Assembly: GCA_964492775.1 (NCBI GenBank) | Contig: CAZBLH010000003.1 | Span: forward strand, 28,572 to 92,571 | Source of the DNA: an uncultured Eubacteriales bacterium | GTDB lineage: Bacteria; Actinomycetota; Coriobacteriia; Anaerosomatales; PHET01 | Direction: 5' to 3' | DNA length: 64,000 nt | Part shown: piece after piece, positions 57,008-64,000 of the stretch | Numbering within the stretch: position 1 is the stretch's first letter | Layout of the letters: each line of letters begins with the position of its first letter | Position numbers and translations under genes: made by a program | The notes under the pieces: model-generated | What the model saw: only the letters and a program-made list of their open reading frames with translations | Database searches by the model: none | What the model was told of the DNA's origin: nothing

Positions 57008-57718
57008 TCACTCCTGCGGTGTTAATTCCTTCTCGAAGTCGATCCCTTGTGGACCCAAATCGGGGTCAAGCTGTCGTGCGGTCCTAAAGTCCGCGGATGC
57101 GCTGATGTCCGCACCCCGTTCCAGATAGGCGCGACCCCGGTTGAAGTAGGCCATCGCAAAGCCTGGGTGCAGCTTTATTGCTTTCGAGAAGTCCTGGATG
57201 GATTGATCCTTAATCCTGTCTGCCTTGAGCCGCCAAGCATATCCACGGTTGTTGTAGGCGACGGGATCGTCGGGATTGAGCGCGATGGCGGCGGTGTAGT
57301 CCTCAATGGCTCTGTCGAGCTCGCCCTTCTCCTGCCAAGCGAGGCCTCGGTTGTTAAGGGCGATCGAGTCCAAAGGGTCGAGTTCGGCGGCGCGTGTGTG
57401 GTCCTCGATCGCTCGGTCGAAATCCCCCTCGTGCTGCCTTATGACTCCGCGGTTGTTGAGCGCTCTGGCATTCGCAGGGTCAAGTTCGATGGCCTTCGTG
57501 TAGTCATCCACCGCCGGGCCCAAGGCACCGCTCTCCTGATGTGCGACACCGCGCTTGTACCAGTACTCCGCATTCTCCGAATCCAGTTCGATCGCTCGGG
57601 AGTACTCCGACACTGCACGTTCCGGGTTGTCCTTCTCCATCCAGTCGAGCCCACGCTGAAAGAAGGTTGCGGCATCGTTCAGATCTACTGCGCTATCTCC
57701 CGGCACTCTCAGTCCCAT
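57008..57718 (-). CDS. Cytoplasmic TPR-repeat protein
   Basis: 236 aa with about six 34-aa TPR units (A(I/V)ExY(S/T)xAIELDP.N..A.NNRG). No signal peptide. Confidence 0.85.
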   Translation of the reverse strand: MGLRVPGDSAVDLNDAATFFQRGLDWMEKDNPERAVSEYSRAIELDSENAEYWYKRGVAHQESGALGPAVDDYTKAIELDPANARALNNRGVIRQHEGDFDRAIEDHTRAAELDPLDSIALNNRGLAWQEKGELDRAIEDYTAAIALNPDDPVAYNNRGYAWRLKADRIKDQSIQDFSKAIKLHPGFAMAYFNRGRAYLERGADISASADFRTARQLDPDLGPQGIDFEKELTPQE

Positions 57719-57780
57719 CCCTATCCGTCCTCACGTGAGCCCTTCCGGGCAACCTTGCATCGAAGAAATGTGGCGTTTCG

Positions 57781-60411
57781 CTACTCGACCAGTCCCTTGA
57801 GCGCCTGCGCGACCGGTTCCGAGACGGCACCTGTACCGCCGACGATCCTGATTGCGGAAACGGAGCTCTTTCGCGTGGACAAGAAGCCCGCCACGGGACC
57901 CGGAATCGTGTTGGGAGAAACCAGAAGCAGAACGTGTCTGGACGAGGCCGTCGCTGAACCTACCGCCAGGGCGTCGGGGTAGTTCATGCCCGTGGAAACG
58001 TAGACGCCCGAGTCGCTGAGGATGTGCTCCCGTATCGCGTACTCGGCTACACGCACGCCCGTCGAGTACCTGTCGGTTCCGGCGATTCGGTCCGGGCTCG
58101 GCAGTTGCCTCTCCACAACGCCCGACACTGCGGACGACCCGCCCAGCACGACAGTTCGGCTCACCGATAGAGACGAAAGCGCGTTCTTGGTGATGGGCGG
58201 AAGGGAGGCGCCCCTGACAAGCAGGATCGGCGAACCTTCTGCGGCCGCGACTCCGGCTGCAGACAGCGCGTCCGAGAAGCCCTCGCCGGTTGCCACGTAC
58301 GCCTTCTCGAATCCGCTCACGCCTCGAACGATCTTGAGCTCGTTCGCGATGGCGACGGCGGTGCCGTAACGATCGCTGCCGGCTACTCGCTTGACCGACA
58401 ACCCCATCGTCCGCAGACCATTCTCGACCGACACCGAGACAGCCGGCGGGCCTCCGATGATGAGCGCCTGCTTAGCTCCCACCCTGGTTATCTCAGCGCT
58501 GACCGCGGCAGGGACCCCGCCGGATGGTACGAGCAGTATGGGTGCCTGAAGCGCGTGAGCGAGCGGTGCTGCAGCCAGCGCGTCAGGGTAGTTCATTGCG
58601 GTCGCCACAATAACCGTGTTCGCTTCGGCGAATGTGTCTTTGGAGATCTCGACGGCGGTCTTGATCCTGTCAGCGCCGGCGATCCTTCGCGCCAGGACCC
58701 CGGTCGTGAAGCTGACACTCGTCCCTGCGAACTGGTTGCCGCGCGCGTCCTGTAGGGCGTTCGCAGGAATAGCCAGCGTGTAGGAGTCCCGAAGCTGCAG
58801 GGGCTTCTCGGGCATCACGTGCAGGGTCCGATCGCCAGAACTGCCGATGACAACGGAGCAGGGGACCTGAGCACCCTGCCCATCGACCAGCCCGATGCTC
58901 CCGAAGGCCGATCCCGCCTTGAGCGCTTCATCGAATGTGACGAACAACGCCTGATCAACCGACACGCCCCGCGCGTCGTTCGGCGGGTTCGCCGAGACGA
59001 CGACCGGTGGAAGCGTGTCAGGGGTGGACAACTCGAATTGGACGGCTCTGGAGGCGTTCCCCCACGCGTCTTTCACCGCTGAAGCGGGAACGAGGACCGT
59101 GTAACGCCTATTGTTGCTGAGCGGGCCTCTCGACCTGATCTCGAGCAGGGGCCCGACTATAGACGTGTCGATGGCAACCTGTTTACCTGCGGAGTCCTTG
59201 ACGGTGATCTGATCGTAGGTCGATCCGGCCTGCACGGGTGCACTGTGGCTGATCGTGAGCGTGAGGTTGACAGGGATCTCCGTGGACCAAGGCGCAGGAT
59301 TCACGGAGGTGATTCCGAGCGTCTGACCTGTCGCATTGTTGCCCCAGCCAGCGAATGAGCCGTCCGGAAGCACGGCAAGGGAGTGCTGTCCTCCCGCACT
59401 GATCGCGGTCGCGTCAGTCAAGGCAGCGGGGACCACAACGGACGGGTCGGTGAAGAGCTCAAGGACGCCGCCCCAGGCGACTACGCTGCCGTCGGACTTG
59501 AGCGCCAAGGAGTGCCGAAGCCCCGCTGCGACCTGGATTACGTCCGCCAGCGTGGCTGGAACGCTGCACTGCTCCTCGGCGTCCCTGCCCCAAGCGACGA
59601 CGGTGCCGTCGGACTTGAGAGCGAGCGAGTGCAGTCCCCCCGCTGCGATCGCCACTACATTCTCGAGTCCGCTCGGCACGGCGCACTGACCCGAGGCATT
59701 GCTGCCCCAAGCGACGACGGTGCCGTCGGACTTGAGAGCGAGCGAGTGGTCAAAACCGGCCGACACCGCGATGACGTCACTCAGGCCCGGCGGTACCTCG
59801 CACTTCGCAGCGTTGTTGCTCCCTGCCGCAGTGACAGTCCCTCCCGCGTTGAGGACCAGCGTGTGGTCGTAGCCCGCTGCTATGGCGATGGCCTCATCGG
59901 TATCTGGCGGGACATACGACAACTCGCCCTCGCCGCCCCATGCCACTAGCGTCCCGTCGGAGCGCAGGGCCACCGAGTGGGTGTAACCGGCCGCAACAGC
60001 CACGACATCATCGAGTCCAACAGGGACGTCACATTGGCCGTAGAAGTCGTCCCCCCACGCCACGACACCGCCGTCCGGCCCTATTGCCAGGGAGTGCATG
60101 TCTCCCGCCGAGACCCTCTCACCGGCTGACCGGGCATCCTGAACCGTCAACGCGTGGACTCGCGCGGGTACTGCAAAGACGCTCATCGACAGCAGCGCTG
60201 CGCTCAGAGTCACCGAAACCATCCGGCTCCACGCGCGACCGCTACGCTTCGCCGAAGAGCCCTCTCTCAGTCGAGGCATCAACCTCGCGCCAGCCCTCTG
60301 CATCTTCTGGAGCTCCTGTCCCGTTCCTCGGTCACCCGGCACAAGCGCGCGCCGAGCAAATCGCCTCAGCAGCATCAGGGGTTTGCCGAATCGGCCGGGG
60401 ACCGAGGGCAC
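57781..60411 (-). CDS. Surface protein: signal peptide + 7-bladed RCC1-like propeller + 2 SbsA-type Ig-like domains + 3 CWB2 cell-wall-binding repeats
   Basis: 876 aa ORF. The likely true start is Met at 60303 or 60222 (signal MVSVTLSAALLSMSVFAVPARVHA). RCC1 blades are G..HSLALKSDGTVVAWG.N..GQC.VP. The Ig-like part is PPVVVSANP.... Three R(I/V)AG.DRY.TAV modules are typical of CWB2 (PF04122-like). Confidence 0.85.
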   Translation of the reverse strand: MPSVPGRFGKPLMLLRRFARRALVPGDRGTGQELQKMQRAGARLMPRLREGSSAKRSGRAWSRMVSVTLSAALLSMSVFAVPARVHALTVQDARSAGERVSAGDMHSLAIGPDGGVVAWGDDFYGQCDVPVGLDDVVAVAAGYTHSVALRSDGTLVAWGGEGELSYVPPDTDEAIAIAAGYDHTLVLNAGGTVTAAGSNNAAKCEVPPGLSDVIAVSAGFDHSLALKSDGTVVAWGSNASGQCAVPSGLENVVAIAAGGLHSLALKSDGTVVAWGRDAEEQCSVPATLADVIQVAAGLRHSLALKSDGSVVAWGGVLELFTDPSVVVPAALTDATAISAGGQHSLAVLPDGSFAGWGNNATGQTLGITSVNPAPWSTEIPVNLTLTISHSAPVQAGSTYDQITVKDSAGKQVAIDTSIVGPLLEIRSRGPLSNNRRYTVLVPASAVKDAWGNASRAVQFELSTPDTLPPVVVSANPPNDARGVSVDQALFVTFDEALKAGSAFGSIGLVDGQGAQVPCSVVIGSSGDRTLHVMPEKPLQLRDSYTLAIPANALQDARGNQFAGTSVSFTTGVLARRIAGADRIKTAVEISKDTFAEANTVIVATAMNYPDALAAAPLAHALQAPILLVPSGGVPAAVSAEITRVGAKQALIIGGPPAVSVSVENGLRTMGLSVKRVAGSDRYGTAVAIANELKIVRGVSGFEKAYVATGEGFSDALSAAGVAAAEGSPILLVRGASLPPITKNALSSLSVSRTVVLGGSSAVSGVVERQLPSPDRIAGTDRYSTGVRVAEYAIREHILSDSGVYVSTGMNYPDALAVGSATASSRHVLLLVSPNTIPGPVAGFLSTRKSSVSAIRIVGGTGAVSEPVAQALKGLVE
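59286..60126 (-). repeat. Tandem 117-nt (39-aa) coding repeats = RCC1 blades
   Basis: The string CCCCAAGCGACGACGGTGCCGTCGGACTTGAGAGCGAGCGAGTG occurs at about 59588 and 59705, with a diverged copy at about 59471. The period is 117 nt. Confidence 0.8.
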
Positions 60412-60824
60412 TTGCTATCCGTGTCACTCGCGGGATGCCACGGTGGCTTGGCCATCGAGCCGCCGGTGCCGCTACCATCAGCCGTCGATCCGCCTGCGGG
60501 TGTGTCTGCTTCCGGATCGCCACCGCCGGATCCGGAGAGCTCGCGAACGGGTGAATGGGCGGAGTCGTCAGTCATCCCGGTCAGTCCCGTTGGAGCCTGT
60601 TGCCCCTGTGCGTAGCAGTCAGAGCTGTCCAGGACAGCTGTGCCCGAATCCCCAACACTGGAGTGAACGGGGTGAGACACGAGCGACGGATCCGCTTCAC
60701 GCGGGGGAACGCCTGCATCCCCCTGGCCACCTATGAGGGCCGCAATGCCGAATCCCGCGAGAAAGAGCACGGGAATCGCAAGCAGCCGGAGTCTCCTGTC
60801 CACCACACTCCCCCGTTCGGCCAC
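60375..60824 (-). CDS. Hypothetical small membrane-anchored protein with G/S/T/D-rich tail
   Basis: 149 aa. One TM helix (LRLLAIPVLFLAGFGIAALIGG) is followed by low-complexity sequence. Coding status rests only on ORF length, orientation and GC3 bias. Confidence 0.4.
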   Translation of the reverse strand: MAERGSVVDRRLRLLAIPVLFLAGFGIAALIGGQGDAGVPPREADPSLVSHPVHSSVGDSGTAVLDSSDCYAQGQQAPTGLTGMTDDSAHSPVRELSGSGGGDPEADTPAGGSTADGSGTGGSMAKPPWHPASDTDSKCPRSPADSANP

Positions 60825-60949
60825 CGAAGGGAATCATGTCCGCTTATTCCGGGCTGAGCGTTCATTAAGCCATCTGAACTGCCATTCCCCAGCGCCAGGC
60901 ATCGAACAGGGGACGGATTGCGGCCCCAGGAGGATGAAATGCGGATGGT

Positions 60950-60983
60950 GAGCAAGCGCAGTCGATATCGGCTGCGCTTGCTC
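60950..60983 (-). terminator. Perfect 12-bp hairpin after the response-regulator gene
   Basis: GAGCAAGCGCAG-N10-CTGCGCTTGCTC lies about 22 nt after the stop at 61005. Confidence 0.5.
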
Positions 60984-61004
60984 AGAAGGTGACCGCGCGT
61001 GCAG

Positions 61005-61760
61005 CTAGGGCTTCAGCCCCAGCTCTCTCTGAATCTCGGGTATCATCGCCCGACTGACAGGAATCTCAGTGTCCGCCGCATCAGCTAGTCGCAGTCTGTA
61101 CGAGGACTTGCCTGCCCAGCCACACCCTCTGACATGATTCATGTTCACGATGTAGGAGCGATGGACGCGGCGGAACTCAGCGATCCCCTTCTGCTCAAGT
61201 GCTCCGAGTGTGAGTCTGCTCAGGAAACGGCTATCGGCAGTGTGGACGTAGCTGTAGTTGCGAATCCCTTCCACGTAGAAGATGTCGCGCGCCCTCAACA
61301 GTCCGATACCCGAGCCTTGGACAACGGGGACCGTGTCTGACTGCTCGAACGGTTCAGAACTCGCCCTGCGAAGCACGGCTGCAATGCGACATCTTAGCTC
61401 ACGGACACTGAACGGCTTGGTGAGGTAGTCGTCCGCACCCAACTCGAAACCCCGGATCTTCGACGTGCTCGAGTCATCGGCAGTGAGCATGATGACCGGC
61501 ACGCTGCTACCAGAATCCTGGGACCGCAGACGTTCGAGTACTTGCCACCCGTCGACGGCAGGCATCATGACATCGAGTACGACAAGATCGGGTTGGAACA
61601 CGGTGTGCGAAGCAAGCCCCTGCTCCCCATCAGAGCACGTCATCACCGTGTAGCCCTGGTTTCTGAGGGCGTGCTCGAGACCCGACAGCAGACTCGTGTC
61701 ATCGTCGATGATCAGAATTCGTCGCGCACCCGCCAGGTTCCTGATCTTCGATTCACTCAC
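61005..61760 (-). CDS. Two-component response regulator, REC + LytTR DNA-binding domain
   Basis: GTG 61760 overlaps the kinase stop (GTGAGTGA). The track ORF to 62012 is over-extended. REC: ILIIDDD...DLVVLDVMMP..DG...LTA...K. LytTR: FYVEGIRNYSYVHT...F.RVHRSYIVN. Confidence 0.88.
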   Translation of the reverse strand: MSESKIRNLAGARRILIIDDDTSLLSGLEHALRNQGYTVMTCSDGEQGLASHTVFQPDLVVLDVMMPAVDGWQVLERLRSQDSGSSVPVIMLTADDSSTSKIRGFELGADDYLTKPFSVRELRCRIAAVLRRASSEPFEQSDTVPVVQGSGIGLLRARDIFYVEGIRNYSYVHTADSRFLSRLTLGALEQKGIAEFRRVHRSYIVNMNHVRGCGWAGKSSYRLRLADAADTEIPVSRAMIPEIQRELGLKP

Positions 61761-63291
61761 GTCGGGTCTCACCCCCAGAAACCCTGATTGTCGTGTTCTC
61801 TCGGTCCGCCTCGTCACCACAGGGAAGCTCGATGCGGAACACGCTTCCGACACCGTTCTCGTTGGCGCGATGTGTAAGGCGGCCACCGTGCGCTTCGACG
61901 ATGCGAGCGCTGATCGCAAGACCGAGTCCCAGCCCAGCCGTATCGCGACTATCACCAACATCAACACGGCCGAAGAGCGTGAACAGGACTCCCTGGTCTT
62001 CTGAGGCGACACCGCGTCCCCAGTCTGCTACCTCAACAGCGACCGTGTCGCTGTCAGCGGTGACAGAGACCACCACCCTGCCCCCTGGCGGAGAATACTT
62101 GAACGCGTTGGACAGTATGTTGTCCAGAACCTGCCTCAGGCGACCGCCGTCCCCTTTGATGGAGAGATCAGGAATCGGGCCCTGCAGTCCGATGGAGACC
62201 TCGTGCTGTCGTGCCAGAGGTTGCGCATCGCGCACCGCACCCTCCACGAGAGATGCCACCTGCACATCACCGAACGTGATCGGCAGAAGTCCTCTTTCGA
62301 GCAGGGCGGAGTCCATCAAGTCCGAAACGATAGACTTGAGCCTCCAGGCAGCAGACGAGATCGCCCCGAGCGCTTCCTGGGCCGCAGGATCCAGCTCCCC
62401 AAGCTCGCCAGCCTCAAGGAGCTCTGCGTACAGGCTTATGGTGGACAATGGCCCGCGAATCTCGTGAGCAGCGACCGCCACGAAGTTCGACTTCACTGAA
62501 GACAGCTGCTCGATCTCAGCATTCCGTCTCTCAAGCTCACGATAGGCCTCCTCAAGTTCCCCGTAGAAATCCCGAAGTCGTTCGTCACGGTCTCGCAGCT
62601 GCTGCGCCATTTCACGCAGACCTTGGTGGAACTCGGCGATCTCCGCACTCATGCCAGCAGGCGCCGGGATGTCGACCTCTCCGTCTGATGCCAGCCGTTC
62701 CGCATAGCGCCCGAGATCGTCCAGGGGTTCTACGACATCCACCATCAGCCGCCACGCGGCCCACGGGATGGATACGACCATGATTATCGCGAGAACGATC
62801 AGCGATGCCAGCATCGGGGCACCGAGTGGAGAGAACCCCGGTGGGGCGAAGCGCACCGCGATCGATGCCACCTCGAGGCCATCGACGATAACGGGTTCCA
62901 CGACGACCTGCTCCTCTGTCAGCACTGACCACGGTGCTCGGTTCTCGGGTTGTTCGCGCACCGCCACCCCGAACATGCTCTGGCAGGCGATCTCGTTACC
63001 CGCCGAGTCCCTGATGCAGACTCCGATCACATCGTGAATCTCGGCGGTATCGAGAACGCTGGCCAGCTGGGCCTCTACGTGCGTCAACTGCTGATCCGCA
63101 ATCATCGGCATGAGGCCCGCGGCCAGCGAGGAGCTGATCTGCCGAATGGATTCCTGTCGTTGCCGCACGTCGGACAGCAGGCCGAAGACGCCGATCGTCA
63201 CGCCCATTACGGCGGCAAATGCCACCTCGGCAGCGACTATCGCAACGAACACGCGCCGGCCCACAGAGCCCTTTCTCAACAGCTGTCTCAT
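61753..63291 (-). CDS. Sensor histidine kinase (2 TM, extracytoplasmic loop, HisKA + HATPase_c)
   Basis: 512 aa. H-box is FVAVAAHEIRGPL. N/G boxes are NILSNAFKY, DWGRG and GLGLGLAI. Confidence 0.9.
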   Translation of the reverse strand: MRQLLRKGSVGRRVFVAIVAAEVAFAAVMGVTIGVFGLLSDVRQRQESIRQISSSLAAGLMPMIADQQLTHVEAQLASVLDTAEIHDVIGVCIRDSAGNEIACQSMFGVAVREQPENRAPWSVLTEEQVVVEPVIVDGLEVASIAVRFAPPGFSPLGAPMLASLIVLAIIMVVSIPWAAWRLMVDVVEPLDDLGRYAERLASDGEVDIPAPAGMSAEIAEFHQGLREMAQQLRDRDERLRDFYGELEEAYRELERRNAEIEQLSSVKSNFVAVAAHEIRGPLSTISLYAELLEAGELGELDPAAQEALGAISSAAWRLKSIVSDLMDSALLERGLLPITFGDVQVASLVEGAVRDAQPLARQHEVSIGLQGPIPDLSIKGDGGRLRQVLDNILSNAFKYSPPGGRVVVSVTADSDTVAVEVADWGRGVASEDQGVLFTLFGRVDVGDSRDTAGLGLGLAISARIVEAHGGRLTHRANENGVGSVFRIELPCGDEADRENTTIRVSGGETRRE

Positions 63292-64000
63292 TGATGAGCA
63301 CTCCCAAACGCCTCGATTTCGAGGTGACGCTGGATGCCGTCAAGCTCTCGCGCAAAATCGTAGTCAGTGTCGGCGGGGGACCGAAAACCGGTGATGACGC
63401 TGTTTGCGGGAAGGATCCTGTCTTCCTGAGCGTCCAGCAAGCTGCGCCTCACCAACTCTATCGTCTCATCGTCCAGGGATGTGCTCACGACGATCGGAGG
63501 CATGCCGAGGTCGGGCGACCGCTCGATGATCCTGAACGTGCGCTCGGGCCAGTGAGACAGTGCCGAGGCTCTGACGCTCGTGGCATCCGCTCGGCCGTTC
63601 TCTACTCTTGTGAGATTCTCGTCCTGGACTCCGCTCATCGTCTCCGAGAAGAACCCCCTCGGGTCCTCACCCGCTTGCTCAAGCAACCAGTAGGCATACG
63701 CAGAACCGGCAAGGTCCGGAGATACGGCGAAGCGGCCCCCTCGAAGATCCAGGATGTCTTCGGCGGCGCTGTCGTACGGGACGACAACAACGGCGGCGTC
63801 CAGGGGTTGGTCTCCGATGATCGCCGTGGCGACGGCCTCGATCTCGCCGGTGTTCTCCATGTCGAGATAGGCGAGTGTGGACATGAGCGCGACGTCGAGT
63901 TCGCCGCGTCGCAGCATTGTGATCTGGTCCTCACTGGACAGGCCGTAGTTGACAACAATCCTCCGGTCGAGATTCCGCTGCATTTGCGCAAAGACCTTCG
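63288..64000 (-). CDS. PhnD-like (phosphonate/phosphate ABC-type) periplasmic binding-domain protein, 5' end outside window
   Basis: The frame stays open upstream of the track Met (…KVFAQMQRNLDRRIVVNYG) to the window edge. GELDVALMS and GSAYAYWLL are typical of the PhnD/SBP_bac_3-like fold. The stop overlaps the kinase start by 4 nt. Confidence 0.7.
   Translation of the reverse strand, partial: KVFAQMQRNLDRRIVVNYGLSSEDQITMLRRGELDVALMSTLAYLDMENTGEIEAVATAIIGDQPLDAAVVVVPYDSAAEDILDLRGGRFAVSPDLAGSAYAYWLLEQAGEDPRGFFSETMSGVQDENLTRVENGRADATSVRASALSHWPERTFRIIERSPDLGMPPIVVSTSLDDETIELVRRSLLDAQEDRILPANSVITGFRSPADTDYDFARELDGIQRHLEIEAFGSAHQ

Noticed and set aside
18862-60824. Island as a mobile element (genomic island with integrase, tRNA or direct repeats)
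   Set aside because: I found no integrase, transposase, tRNA gene or flanking direct repeats. It is called an accessory locus only on gene content. Mobility is unsupported.
1-64000. CRISPR arrays, rRNA/tRNA genes, toxin-antitoxin or known phage-defence modules
   Set aside because: I found no regularly spaced direct repeats. No cloverleaf-compatible sequences appeared in the few intergenic gaps. No nuclease, ATPase or defence-type domains were recognised in any credible ORF.

Overview
High-GC bacterial chromosome segment, densely coding. I found no rRNA, tRNA, CRISPR array, transposase or integrase. Many long ORFs in the track are antisense artefacts of GC-rich codon usage. Positions 1-18.9 kb are conserved core, all on the minus strand: a complete, translationally coupled histidine operon hisZ-G-D-C-B-H-A-F-I-(E, runs off the window), dnaE, a YerC/TrpR-like protein, a membrane protein, an FAH-family hydrolase, cimA-ilvE, a UPF0104 membrane protein, and leuB-leuD with no adjacent leuC. 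Positions 18.95-64 kb are a roughly 45 kb cell-surface island. (i) Glycan module A (18.95-36.0 kb) has the four-gene PglF/E/D/C-type signature for a 2,4-diacetamido-trideoxyhexose (bacillosamine-like) primer. It also has GT4/GT2 transferases, a deacetylase-Wzx flippase fusion and three Wzy_C (O-antigen-ligase-like) membrane proteins, two of them with TPR-like tails. (ii) The core (36.0-44.1 kb) encodes two membrane-anchored 12-heme cytochromes, a secreted 7-heme and a related 14-heme cytochrome, an NHL beta-propeller with a TM helix at each end, and a TM-anchored TPR protein. (iii) Glycan module B (44.1-54.5 kb) carries paralogous GT4, Wzy_C and Wzx genes plus a radical SAM enzyme, a methyltransferase, a second deacetylase and a GT2. 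(iv) Next come a third 7-heme paralog, a TAT-signal split-Soret/C_GCAxxG_C_C-like heme protein interrupted by one in-frame TGA that is followed by a SECIS-like hairpin, a TPR protein, and an RCC1-Ig-CWB2 wall-binding surface protein. (v) The window ends with a PhnD-like binding protein, a histidine kinase and a LytTR regulator in one operon. The most interesting hypothesis is that the roughly 54 heme-binding motifs embedded in a protein/S-layer-type glycosylation locus form an undescribed extracellular electron-transfer system of a monoderm (Actinomycetota-like) organism. That taxonomic and functional reading is inference from sequence only.
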